Below, one piece after another: positions 49,596-61,955 of a stretch of 64,000 nt of DNA (positions within the stretch are counted from its first letter, which is position 1; every line of letters begins with the position of its first letter). Under the pieces are notes generated by a model. It saw nothing but the letters and a program-made list of their open reading frames with translations, had not been told where the DNA came from and ran no database searches. Made by a program: the position numbers and the translations under genes. The stretch covers positions 121,313 through 185,312 of the forward strand of contig NIVC01001461.1 in assembly GCA_002269645.1 (NCBI GenBank), read 5' to 3'. The DNA comes from Macrostomum lignano (Eukaryota).

Positions 49596-49972
49596 TAAAT
49601 ATATTCCACGAAACGCGCATAACTGCTCAGGTGAGAAATTTATGCAGTTTTATTCTACTCCATAAACAAAAATATTTCCGCTTCATTTCGAATATTTTGG
49701 GGGAAATTGGCTGCAAACTACTCAAAAGTAGTCTTCAGTAGTATTCATCATATATTTTAATTTTAATTCAAACAGTTTTAAATTTAGCTTAAAAATAGAG
49801 AAAGCATCATTGAGAGCCCTGTTAAATACATGTACAGTAAAACAGAATATTGGAATATATTTCCAAACTGTAATGATTTAACCATCATATAGTTTCTGTC
49901 AGTGTCAGATTGCCTGTTCCTCCATCAATCAGATTCTGAAATGTATTGAGGATTGCTGCACTAAAACAATTG

Positions 49973-51265
49973 CTAAAGAACTTCTTGAACTTGAATTAAA
50001 AAGTGTTTACTCTGCTCTGCCGGCTCCGGGTCGGCTTCGACGGTGCTTTTCGATGCCGCGGCTTCAGAGTCAGTCACGTGACTTCCAGCCAGCTGGCCGG
50101 CTTCGGCGGCTGAAGGTGGACGATTTTAGTATTGAATTGTGTGCTTGACTGTTCTTTGTCCTTGCTTGGCTAGACTAACAATCCATTCTATTGTATCATC
50201 TCTGTGATTGGCTAGATTAGCAATCCATTCTATTGTATTATCTCTGTGATTGGCTAGATTAGCAATCCACTCTATTGTATCATCTCTGTGATTGGCTAGA
50301 CTAGCAATCCACTCTATTGTATCATCTCTGTGATTGGCTAGAGTAGCAATCCATTCTATTGTATTATCTCTGTGATTGGCTAGATTAGCAATCCACTCTA
50401 TTGTATCATCTCTGTGATTGGCTAGACTAGCAATCCATTCTATTGTATCATCTCTGTGATTGGCTAGACTAGCAATCCATTCTATTGTATCATCTCTGTG
50501 ATTGGCTAGACTAGCAATCCATTCTATTGTATCATCTCTGTGATTGGCTAGAGTAGCAATCCATTCTATTGTATCATCTCTGTGATTGGCTAGACTAGCA
50601 ATCCAGCCAAATCCCAAAGTGCTTTACCATTAGGGTCGTCCTGTTTCTCAACAGGTGCGACCTCCTCAGTCTCCGGGGCCGCATCATCCGGTTGCCGCGA
50701 AGACTCAGCCGCTGCCGTCGCTGCGACCGTCCGTCCGCTTTCAGCGGCAGCCGCGGCTGCCTGTCGCTTGCCGGCTGCTGGGGCGGGCGCTGAAAGCGGC
50801 GGGCGGTTGACAAAGAATGTGTTGCATAGCAACAGGAGGCAGGCTAAAAAAGTATGAAGAGAGATCTAGAAGACACGAGAGAGGAGAGGGATGCGGTAGC
50901 ACGGACAGGATAGGGGGATTTGGGATAGAGGGATTTGGGATAGGGGAATTGGGGATAGAGGGATTGGTGGATAGAGGGATTGGGGATAGGGGGATTTGGG
51001 ATAGAGGGATTTGGGATAGAGGGATTTGAGATATAGGGATTGGTGGATAGTGGGATTGGGGGCAGAGGGATTGGAATAGAGGGATTGGGGATTGGGGATT
51101 GGTGGATAGAGGGATAGAGGCATTAGAGGGATTGGGGACAGATAAAGAACCAAAGGGGGAAGCATAGAGGAACCTGTGTAGAATCGAGTCCGAGCATTTC
51201 CCAGAGTCCAATCCGGCCTCACCTTGACTTCCAACCGCGGCGGATTTGCTGCCTTCGCAACCCAT
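49973..51265 (-). CDS. Small Ala/Glu-rich disordered protein with N-terminal myristoylation/palmitoylation signal
   Basis: complement(join(49973..50109,50628..50789,51223..51265)), phase-1 GT-AG introns. Protein: MGCEGSKSAAVGSQAPAPAAGKRQ...ETEEVAPVEKQDDPNAAEAGQLAGS...EPAEQ. The 3' end is uncertain (alternative donor near 50009). Confidence 0.65.
50165..50610 (+). repeat. 42-bp minisatellite in an intron of the small gene
   Basis: Unit TTGGCTAGACTAGCAATCCATTCTATTGTATCATCTCTGTGA, ~10 copies. Confidence 0.95.
50912..51140 (+). repeat. GGG-tract minisatellite (G-quadruplex-prone)
   Basis: Unit GGGATAGAGGGATTT(G). Confidence 0.85.
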
Positions 51266-51834
51266 GCTGTCTGCAGGTGAGGGCGATTGTTAACTGATGA
51301 GATGAGTCTGAGATCCGCTGAGCACAGCCGTCTGAGCCGGTAAACCTCATTAACTATCGACAAGATTCGTATTTATATAGCACGCTCAGATTTTAGTCAC
51401 ACAAATAATTTTGTTGTCTCTAACAACCCGTAACCATGGCGATTTATGCTATATGAATATAGCACTCTGTTCTATATATTGAGTGGCTCTTTCGAGCGCC
51501 TCACTATTTGTCTGTTTGGCGGAAAATTGCGCAGATTTACTTGGTTGCCAATGACAACAACAGTGTCGCTGTCGCTGGGTCAAAGCTACAAGTTTAGGCA
51601 AAGATATTTGGATAAAAGTTAGTCCGCAGATTGAGACTAGACTCTTATCTTCTAGCCTAGCAATGTCCCTGTCACTTGAGCTTAGCTCAAAAATGACAAG
51701 TTTGTGTGCTTTGTGTGTCTGTCCGACTCAACATTTTGAGAGCTTGTGTGTGTGTGTGTGTGTGTGTGTGCACTGAGCGGCTGACTTGCGGCGTTGTGAC
51801 ATTGACATTGTGAGCTAACATATGAGTATGAAGA

Positions 51835-52318
51835 CTGAGAGGGAAAGATGGGAGGGAGAGGTGAGAGGGAGAGGTGAGAGGGAGAGGTGAGAGGGAGAGG
51901 TGAGAGGGAGAGGTGAGAGGGAGAGGTGAGAGGGAGAGGTGAGAGGGTGATTAAGAGAGGGAGGTGAGAGGGAGAATTGAGAGAGAGAGGGTGAGTAAGA
52001 GGGAGAGGTGAGAGGGGGTGAGAGGGGGTGAGAGGGGGTGAGAGGGTGATTAAGAGGGAGAGGTGAGAAGAAGAGGTGAGAGGGAGAGGTGAGAAGAAGA
52101 GGTGAGAGGGAGAGGTGAGAAGGAGAGATGAGACGGAGAGGTGAGAGGGGGTGAGAGGGGTGAGAGGGTGATTAAGAGGGAGAGGTGAGAGAGAGAGGGA
52201 GAGGTGAGAGGGTGATTAAGAGGGAGAGGTGAGAGGGTGATTAAGAGGGAGAGGTGAGAAGGAGAGGTGAGAAGGAGAGGTGGGAGGGAGAGGTGAGAGG
52301 GAGATGTGGGAGAGAAGA
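51835..52318 (+). repeat. 13-bp purine-rich minisatellite
   Basis: Unit GAGAGGGAGAGGT. Confidence 0.9.
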
Positions 52319-52954
52319 CAGCCGGCAAGCAGCAGTCAATATCTAAATCGCAAATATTATTGAACAGACGTAGAGTGCGAGCTATAAAAAGCCCACCTTG
52401 CTAATTACGTAGAGAGTCGCGTGATATTTATTTCGTCATAGTGCCGTTTTGTGAAATATCCAGAAAAACACGGAGGGAGCCTCCAGCCGGCTTACGCACG
52501 CGAGCTGGCTTTCCCGAAAGCCCGTTTATGCCGGTGGCGTGTTTACGATAAATAAGTCAGCCTTTTAAAATAGTCGTATTGTCGCTGCCAGCGCAGAACT
52601 GCGTCCTGGATCGCCGCTGTTATGAAGTCAAAACAAAATTGGTTTGGTCACAATGGCGTCAGGGATCATTAACAGGGTAAGAGGGCAATATTTCCCAACG
52701 CGACGCCGCGGAGACCTGATCCCCGATCCCGGACATGCACAGCCGTTCGCGACAGCGCTTCACATTTTAGCCTGTTTACAGTCTGCATATCAGGAGGAAT
52801 TAAGCGGACTTGAAAGGACTGTGGGACAAAAAATAGATTCTGCGGTTAAATTTAGCCTGGCTTGGAGCTAATGGAACGGTGGACCAGTTCGTGTCGCGTG
52901 CATGCAGTGGGTTGTATGCTTACTTCTGAATTGTGGGTATGCTGATCTACTTGT

Positions 52955-53165
52955 CGATTGGGAATTTGGAGATCTGCATGTCGATTGGGGATGTCGAGAT
53001 CTGCATGTCGATTGGGCATGTCGAGATCTGCATTTCGATTGGGCATGTCGAGATCTGCATGTCGATTGGGGATGTCGAGATCGGCATGTCGATTGGGGAT
53101 GTCGAGATCGGCATGTCGATTGGGGATGTCAAAATCTTCCTGTCGATGCCGATTGGGGATGTGGA
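52955..53165 (+). repeat. 27-bp minisatellite
   Basis: Unit ATGTCGATTGGGGATGTCGAGATCTGC. Confidence 0.9.
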
Positions 53166-53224
53166 AATCTACGAGCTCGCATTTTAGATTGAGGATGTGG
53201 AGATCTTTGGACCCAGAGATCTAT

Positions 53225-53590
53225 AATCGATGGGGAATGTGGAGATCTAGATTGGGGATGTGGAGATCTAGATTGGGGATGTGAGATCTAGATAAGGTAT
53301 GTGGAGATCTAGATTGGGGATGTGGAGATCTAGATTGGGGATGTGAGATCTAGATAAGGTATATGGAGGTCTAGATTGGGGATGTGGAGATCTAGATAAG
53401 GGATGTGGAGATCTAGATAAGGTATGTGGAGATCTAGATAAGGTATATGGAGGTCTAGATTGGGGATGTGGAGATCTAGATAAGGGATGTGGAGATCTAG
53501 ATAAGGTATGTGGAGATCTAGATAAGGTATATGGAGATCTAGATTGGGGATGTGGAGGTCTAGATAGATGATGTAAAGATCTAGATTTGT
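53225..53590 (+). repeat. 21-bp minisatellite
   Basis: Unit GATCTAGATTGGGGATGTGGA / GATCTAGATAAGGTATGTGGA. Confidence 0.9.
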
Positions 53591-54137
53591 TTGTGAGTTT
53601 TTGTTTCCAGTTTTTGTATCTGCGGTAGTTCAAAATAACGCTGTAAAGTTGAAAAACGATTTTATAACTATACTTAAGGGAATTTTAATTTATTTCATTT
53701 TCATAAGTTAATTTTCACATTCCACTATAGTAGAGGACTTAGTGTTTAAACAGCTGAGGCCACGAGCGTTCTAACTACATTGTAGTGCACTTGCCCCGTC
53801 AGTGATAGCGTTGCCCTCAGATTGGCGGGTTTCCCCCTGTCAATTGGCTCCCTTCCTCCTTCAGTGCGCGTGTAGGCTTGGGGAGTGCAGAGCCGCCTTG
53901 CCCCGAGAGAGGGTAGGTACGCAAATTGCCAGAAACCGCCCCGGGACCCGCCCAGCAACCGACCGGACGCCCACCCCAAGTTCCTCCGCTATTCTCCCTG
54001 GCCGGCGTGCACCCTCCCACTCACGCACCGCCCATTGCACGGAGCGATTTCCCCAATAAAAAGGGAATCTGAATGAATTCGCAGCGAGGGAGGCCAGAGG
54101 ATTTTGAGCCAGTTGAGAACAGAAGACGCCTGCTGCC

Positions 54138-57100
54138 ATGGAGTCGCCAAACTTTGACAACCTCGACTGCGGCATCGTGGAACGCCGAGGCAGACGAAAA
54201 ATCTCCTTCCAGCGGGACGACGAAGCGGAAGACGACGACTGCGACTCCGGCTGCGGCGACTTCGATAACAACCTGCGACTGCCCGACTACCGGGTGTCCT
54301 GTGCGGAGTCCCTGATGAGCACCACCTCGGCTAATGAGTCCTGCTTTGGTGCCGCGTTGTGCAGGTGATGCTTGGCTGCCTTTTTAGTTTTTTGCTTGTT
54401 TTATTGTTTGGTTAGCTAATTGGTTGGTTGGTTTGGTTGGTTGGTTGGTTGGTTGGTTGGTTGGTTGGTTGGTTGGTTGGTTGGTTGGTTGGTTGGTTGT
54501 TTCTGAAAGCGTGTAGCAGTTCTTGCACTACTCTGACTCAATAGAGACATTGCGCAATATTGTGCAAGCAGTTGAGCTGCATCAGCCTGGTCGGGGGTCT
54601 GTACCGAATAAGTACTCTTGGCTGCCGGCTTGGCAAACAGTGCCGCTTCCGCTCCCAGGGTGGTGGGCGGGCCGAGCTCTCCGCAAGCAAAAAATGAAAA
54701 AATCCACCATTCCGGGGCCATCAATCCGTCCAGCCCCAGGACCGCACGCCACGCCCCAGTCGTAATAAACACAGTCGCCGCGCCACCCCCTCAAACCGCG
54801 ACCGTGTCAACTGGAATGAACTGGATTCCGGTGTCCCCTACTTCTCTCTCTACTATACTAGGGAAAATGTTTTTCACTATTTTGAAGAGTACCCGTTTGC
54901 TACGCAATGTCCTTCCCTTAGGCGCACGAGAACCGGAGATCTGAGTTGGGAACTTTTGAATAGGGAATGAAGGCATGCGAGAGGCGCGTGCGCTGGATTT
55001 GTACTCTCTTGAGCAACTCAAAGCCAATTTCCTGCGGCCGTGCATGCTCAGGCTTTTGCATCTCCCTCTCTACTCTGTCGGTGTTGCTTTGACAACCAAC
55101 AGCTGGGGCTCCCAGTGAGGGCGTGTAGGCAGTTGTAGGCCAGCCCTCTCTGTTCCGTCTTCTACTCCGTGTTTTTCCTCACTGTGAGCCGCTCCTGCTC
55201 TCGTTAGGCGAGCTGTGTGCAGTTACAGCTATTTTTAAGGGTAGCTTTCTGTCACCCTTTGTTGCTAGCGACTGAAAATTGGTTTCACTTTTCAGAGGGA
55301 TTATTTTTGTCAACTCGCAGTTGTTCAGAAGAAAAGCAAATCTAATTTGAGTTCTCTACTGTAGGACACGTAACTAATGCTACCTATAATTAGCCTATAT
55401 GTTATTAATTTGTTTAACAGTAATTTTCACCTGCGCTCAACCCTCATTTAATTAAACTTGCAGTCTGAGCCCCGCCACTGAAGACGAGTGCCGGCTCGCT
55501 TTGAAGGCCTGGGCCAGGAGGCACTTCCTGCTGTGCGGCGGCAAGATCAAAGAGATTAAATTCCGGAATATCAGCCAGCGGAGGGCTTTCCAGGTTGGTG
55601 GAGTCTGCGGGTTGCACAGCCGCACTGGTTCAGGTGGAATACCAGATTAGAATAGAGAGATACATCAAGTTCAGTGGGGTGCAAGGTTCTTCGGAATTTC
55701 CGGGTTTACTTTTCGTCGTAAATTTTATAACAACTCGGGAGGGGGTAATGCGGCCAACCAGTCACTTTGCCACTTGGCTAGCTCGTCGCCTCTCAAGGGA
55801 AATTTCACATGAACGACATCACTTTAGAGCTTGAAAAATGATAGATGATGGACGAGTCTCTGCAGTAGAGAATTAAGACGAATGTAAAATTTCTCTGCTT
55901 TCGATGCCTCATTACCAAAGAGATTAAAGCTCTCAAAGTTATGGGAGATTTTGAGGAGTGCATTCGGAGTCTGAGAGCTCAAGCCTGCCCGCTGTCCGCA
56001 GTACTCGCTAGACACGTACGTCGAGACCCGCAACGTTCACTCGGCCGTGGAGCCGCTAGAGAACTTGAAGAACGCCTGCCGGCAGTTCCCGCAGTCGCTG
56101 TGGGACATCGAGTGCCGACCGGGCGGCAGGCCGTTCGAGAGCTCCGAGCAGCGCGTGGCCATCCCGGGCACGGCCAGGGTGATCCTCTGCTCCGCCTGCA
56201 ACGGGCGCGGCTGGCAGGTGTGCGTCGCCTGTCACGGCAGCGGCCGCGCCGACTGCGATACCTGCTTCGGCGGTGACTTCGCCGGGCCTGGCAGCCGCCG
56301 ACTGGAGTTTCCGTCGCAGGCGGTGTACGGCCGGCACGCGTGTCACGAGTGCAACGAGACCGGGGAGTACGGCTGCCCCTACTGCACCGGGGTCGGCCAC
56401 CTGCACTGCAAGGCCTGCCTGGGAAAGGGCAAACTGCAGCGCTACATGCAGCTCACCGTCCGATTGTGAGTTTTCAGTTTATGTGAACTGAACAGATTGT
56501 CGTAGCTTAGGGTTTCGGGGTTTCGTGGGATATAGCTTGGTGTGTTTAAGACTGTCGTAGCTTGGGGTTTCGGGAGATGTAGCTTGGTGTGTTTAAGACT
56601 GTCGTAGCTTGGGGTTTCGGGAGATGTAGCTTGGTGTGTTTAAGACTGTCGTAGCTTGGGGTTTCGGGAGATGTAGCTTGGTGTGTTTAAGACTGTCGTA
56701 GCTTGGGGTTTCGGGAGATGTAGCTTGGTGTGTTTAAGACTGTCGTAGCTTGAGGCTTCGGGAGATGTAGCTTGGTGTGTTTAAGACTGTCGTAGCTTGG
56801 GGCTTCGGGAGATGTAGCTTGGTGTGTTTAAGACTGTCGTAGCTTGGGGTTTCGGGAGATGTAGCTTGGTGTGTTTAAGACTGTCGTAGCTTGGGGTTTC
56901 GGGAGATGTAGCTTGGTGTGTTTAAGACTGTCGTAGCTTAGGGCTTCGGGAGATGTAGCTTGGTGTGTTTAAGACTGTTGTAGCTTGGGGCTTCGGGAGA
57001 TGTAGCTTGGTGTGTTTAAGACTGTTGTAGCTTGGGGTTTCGGGAGATGTAGCTTGGTGTGTTTAAGACTGTTGTAGCTTGGATCTTCGGGAGATGTAGC

Positions 57101-57523
57101 TTGGTTCACTATTTTTTCTTTAATCTTTCGCCCGCGTCGATTCAATCAAATCGCTGTCATCATTCCAGCGACAGCATCTCGTCCAACCAGCTGATGTGCG
57201 AGCGCATGGACCTGCTGGAGAGTCGCCTGTCGAAGGTCACCGGCGTCCTGCTGCACGAGACCGACTCGGCCGCGGAGGGCCTCCCGCTGACGCAGTTCTC
57301 CAAGGAGGTGCGCCAGCTGTCCCAGGCCATGCTGGATTATCACGCCGAGCAGGCAAAACGCACCGAGGCTCGAATCCTGCGCCAGCGCCAGGTGCTGCAC
57401 GCGGTGCCCGTGACTCAGGTAGATTACACCTGGCGTGGTCGAAACGGCACCCTGTGGATCTACGGCAACGAACAAAAGTGCTTCTGTCCCCAGTTGGCGC
57501 GCTCCAGCTGCGCCGTGCTGTGA
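54138..57523 (+). CDS. SSUH2: SSUH2 homolog (DnaJ-type CxxCxGxG zinc-finger protein with C-terminal CaaX), 4 exons, ~391 aa
   Basis: join(54138..54364,55464..55593,56002..56465,57169..57523), phases consistent. Segments [21 protein letters not shown], repeated [67 protein letters not shown]-terminus SSCAVL. Confidence 0.85.
54420..54500 (+). repeat. (TTGG)n microsatellite
   Basis: Directly visible. Confidence 0.95.
56505..57105 (+). repeat. 47-bp minisatellite, SSUH2 intron 3
   Basis: Unit GTAGCTTGGTGTGTTTAAGACTGTCGTAGCTTGGGGTTTCGGGAGAT, ~12 copies. Confidence 0.95.
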
Positions 57524-58789
57524 GTGAAGTAACAAATAAGATCGCTGCATGGTCGTTAATAAAGCCGGAGAATATGAATTCCTAGAAGCACCGGCGAATC
57601 CCACCATTAATTTATCCGTAGGAAGAATGAAGTACGCCGTTTTTCCCAACTTCATTAACGTTTTTAAATATTAATAATATTATACCTTCTGTAACAGATT
57701 TAACTTCAATTTCGCATTCTTAAAACTAATTTTTTTTCGAACTGGTTTGGATGCGGTTTTAGACCCACGCGAAATTTAGCTGCAGCAGAAGCAGCAATAT
57801 CCAAGCACTGCGCTATCTTCTACCACGGACACCTAAAGTAGAATACCTGTCCTTAATCTACTGCACTCTACCGCATCGCAGATCTCGCCTCAAATGTGTC
57901 TGAATTCTCCCGCGCATCGCATTTTTTAGTTACTGAATTTGTTCAAATCCGTTGTTGTTTCACTTACATTTAAAAAAAAATCGCTGTCAACTTAACAGAT
58001 TCTCATCATTCTTTCACGGCTCGCAGTCGCACCTATCGGTGGAGCGTCCTGCCATGGCCAAGGGTTTCTCTATACGTGTAGAAGTACGTCAGATATATTT
58101 ATTTTTCCCCAGCTACCATTCTTTCATAACCAATTTGAAAAAAACATTTTTGTTCAAACTTGTAAACGCTGTGCGAGATTTTATCGAGTATAACAAACAG
58201 TAAATATAAAAATGCAGAACTGAAGCCAGGCGGTTGGCTACACAGCTGGCTGCTGCTGCTGAAAGAAGACATCGGCAAAACGAAGATGTTGACTTTCTTC
58301 GTGGTAAATCAATGTATTCATTGGCCGGTCCGCTCTGGCGAAGCAGAGCCGGAACAACCGTGAGCCTGCATGCTAATGAGCACGGATCTGGGAAAATATG
58401 AAGCGAAATGGGAAGCCACTCCTCTCTTGCTGGCGCTCGAGAAGGGAGGAAAGTAATTCGAGGTTATATTTGACCTTAGTTGACCCTTTCTTCATGCACT
58501 TTTACTCCCTGCCTGAAGCTTCGTATCAAATTATTAAATATTCGAGAATGTCAGAGTTCCTTTGAGCAAGTAACTGAGAGCTGGCTGAGAGAAAAGCCAA
58601 CTCATATTAAATAATAAGCCCTTAGTTTATGCCACTGACTACTGCAGAGGTTTTGTGCTGGAGTAAAGCGATTCGAAATATTCGCAATCGTAAGAATTTT
58701 GAGCTCGTATAAGTGTGAGCGACTGCTGACCAGGGTCCGAATGAAAAGTAAAAAATTAATCATACGCCATACCTTTATACGAGCTACTA

Positions 58790-59180
58790 AGCTCGATTAA
58801 GCCTTACACTAAGCTCGGTTAAGCCTTATACTAAGCTTGGTTAAGCCTTACACTAAGCTTGGTTAAGCCGTATGCTAAAACTTGGTTAAGCCTTATACTA
58901 AGCTTGGTTAAGCCAGATACTAAGCGTTGTTAAGCCAGATACTAAGCGTGGCTAAGCCAGATACTATGCGTGGCTAAGCCAAATACTAAGCGTGGTTAAG
59001 CCAGATACTAAGCGTGGTTAAGCCAGATACTAAGCGTGGCTAAGCCAAATACTAAGCTTGGTTAAGCCAGATACTAAGCGTTGTTAAGCCAGATACTAAG
59101 CTTGGTTAAGCCAGATACTAAGCGTGGTTAAGCCAAATACTAAGCGTGGTTAAGCCAGATACAAAGCGTGGTTAAGCCAG
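58790..59180 (+). repeat. 22-bp minisatellite
   Basis: Unit TAAGCCAGATACTAAGCGTGGT. Confidence 0.9.
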
Positions 59181-59837
59181 ATACAAAAGCGGCCCATAAG
59201 TACAACATTCATTAAGATTGCTTGGCGAAATGTGGCTATTAAAAATTCATAGCCGAGTGCCGAGTGGCACCAGATATTGGACAGCGCGACCTGCCAGGCT
59301 GCCCTGACAAGTGAGCTGTGAGCAGACGACACTCTCCTATTGAGCTGCATTGGGGTTTCTTCCCTTTCTCAGCAAGTGTTGCGCCCTGCCAGTCAGTCAC
59401 TGGCGCCGCTCTGGGGAAAGTGGCATTATAAAACTGGCACCCGGGCTCACAGGAGTGCTCCAGTGTCCAAGTTGCTTGTGAGCTGTGCGGATTTTCAAGC
59501 GAGTGCAATGGCCGCACAATGGAGCGGTATGAGATTAGCCAATGGACCGTATTGATCTCAGTCGGCAAAGATTCCCTGGGAGGTCGGCATTCACCGAGAG
59601 AGAAATGGTTGCTCTATTGTAAAAGCTGCAATTATGAGTATGAAGTAGCCTTCCCCTTTGGAAATTTTGAAGCTTTATGAGTCCGATTATGGGCCTTTAA
59701 ATGTGTCTGCATGCAAGCGCTATGCGCCTGAAGTATCTGTCTGTATCGACTCTGGCTGTGAGTCGGGGGTGTCGAAATAGAGAGTTTATGAGTGAGTCTT
59801 CGAAAGGTATAACTGAGAGACAGGATTGGGGTATTGG

Positions 59838-60295
59838 TTAGGGTTTTTTAGGGTTTTTTAGGGTTTTGTTTACGGTTTTAGTTAGGGTCTTGGTTAGGGT
59901 TTTGGTTAGGGTGTTGGTTAGGGTTTTGGTTAGGGTTTTGGTTAGGGTGTTGGTTAGGGTGTTGGTTAGGGTTTTGATTAGGGTGTTGGTTAGGGTTTTG
60001 GTTAGGGTGTTGGTTAGGGTTTTGATTAGGGTGTTGGTTAGGGTTTTGGTTAGGGTTTTGATTAGGGTGTTGGTTAGGGTTTTGATTAGGGTGTTGGTTA
60101 GGGTTTTGGTTAGGGTGTTGGTTAGGGTTTTGATTAGGGTGTTGGTTAGGGTTTTGGTTAGGGTGTTGGTTAGGGTTTTGATTAGGGTGTTGGTTAGGGT
60201 GTTGGTTAGGGTGTTGGTTAGGGTTTTGGTTAGGGTGTTGGTTAGAGTTTTGGTCAGGGTTTTGTTTAGGTTGGTTTTGGTTAGGGTTTTGATTG
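59838..60295 (+). repeat. Telomere-like 12-bp repeat containing TTAGGG
   Basis: Units TTAGGGTTTTGG, TTAGGGTGTTGG and TTAGGGTTTTGA, ~35 copies. Confidence 0.9.
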
Positions 60296-60819
60296 GTTGT
60301 TTAACCTTTTTGTGTCTGCCTGCGCGTATGACTGCGTGCTTATCCAAGCATACGCATCGTTCTCATGTTGACACCAGAATGTTTAAGCACTGGTGAATCG
60401 AGACTCCAGTGAACTGCTCATTCAGATTCAGATAGTGGAAGGCCTTCTGATAATTTCAGCAGCAATGGAAAATCTCCCCTTATCAGTGGCTGCCAGTCCT
60501 GCAGACTCTCTAATTATTCTGGTAGGGCTCGCGAACTCGAGGCCTCAGGCATGCAATCCAGCCTCTTGCGGTGAACGCGCGGACCGGACTAGGCTTCAAA
60601 TTGTAGGGCCCGGAGGTTACAGCGGGAGCGAGTCGCTCCGGCGGAGTCACGCACAGCGCGTCGAGTAGCTCTGTATGCAGAACTCGCCCACTTCCTGGTC
60701 GATGTCTTATTGACAGCTGGCTGAGCTGCTGCTCTTGTTGACCCTGGCTGTTCGGAGATCAATCAGCTGTGCTGACAGATACTGAGTACTTGATGGACTC
60801 TATAGCCGCTGAATATAGT

Positions 60820-61955
60820 CTATCTACAGTGTCTATCTACAGTGTCTATCTACACTGTCTATCTACAGTGTCTATCTACAGTGTCTATCTACAGTGTCTA
60901 TCTACAGTGTCTATCTACAGTGTCTATCTACAGTGTCTATCTACAGTGTCTATCTACAGTGTCTATCTACAGTGTCTATCTACAGTGTCTATCTACAGTG
61001 TCTATCTACAGTGTCTATCTACAGTGTCTATCTACAGTGTCTATCTACAGTGTCTATCTACAGTGTCTATCTACAGTGTCTATCTACAGTGTCTATCTAC
61101 AGTGTCTATCTACGGTGACTATCTACAGTGTCTATCTACAGTGTCTATCTACAGTGTCTATCTACAGTGTCTATCTACAGTGTCTATCTACAGTGTCTAT
61201 CTACAGTGTCTATCTACAGTGTCTATCTACAGTGTCTGTCTATCTACAGTGTCTATCTACAGTGTCTATCTACAGTGCCTATCTACAGTGTCTATCTACA
61301 GTGTCTATCTACAGTGTCTATCTACAGTGTCTATCTACAGTGTCTATCTACAGTGTCTATCTACAGTGTCTATCTACAGTGTCTATCTACAGTGTCTATC
61401 TACACTGTCTATCTACAGTGTCTATCTACACTGTCTATCTACAGTGTCTATCTACAGTGTCTATCTACAGTGTCTATCTACAGTGTCTATCTACAGTGTC
61501 TATCTACAGTGTCTATCTACAGTGTCTATCTACAGTGTCTATCTACAGTGTCTATCTACAGTGTCTATCTACAGTGTCTATCTACAGTGCCTATCTACAG
61601 TGTCTATCTACAGTGTCTACAGTGTCTACAGTGTCTATCTACAGTGTCTATCTACAGTGTCTATCTACAGTGTCTATCAACAGTGTCTATCTACAGTGCC
61701 TGTCTACAGTGTCTATCTACACTGTCTATCTACAGTGTCTATCTACAGTGCCTATCTACAGTGTTATCTACAGTGTCTATCTACAGTGTCTGTCTACAGT
61801 GTCTATCTACAGTGTCTATCTACAGTGTCTATCTACAGTGTCTATCTACAGTGTCTATCTACAGTGTCTATCTACAGTGTCTATCTACAGTGTCTATCTA
61901 CAGTGTCTATCTACAGTGTCTATCTACAGTGTCTATCTACAGTGCCTATCTACAG
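60820..61955 (+). repeat. 13-bp minisatellite
   Basis: Unit ACAGTGTCTATCT, ~85 highly uniform copies. Confidence 0.97.

Noticed and set aside
51285-51365. Hammerhead ribozyme core (CTGATGA)
   Set aside because: No downstream GAAA with a compatible stem II/III. The same holds for CTGATGA at ~38440, ~43455 and ~54313.
54523-55045. Short ORFs in SSUH2 intron 1 as an extra exon or nested gene
   Set aside because: No recognisable domain and no convincing splice pair. Exons 1 and 2 join in phase without them.
56505-57105. CRISPR-like appearance of 36-47-bp arrays (also 16745, 38580, 50165)
   Set aside because: Units are head-to-tail with no unique spacers and no cas genes, in a eukaryotic intron context.
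59230-59560. Possible SINE or other interspersed element
   Set aside because: No clear A/B boxes, tail, TSD or second copy in the window.
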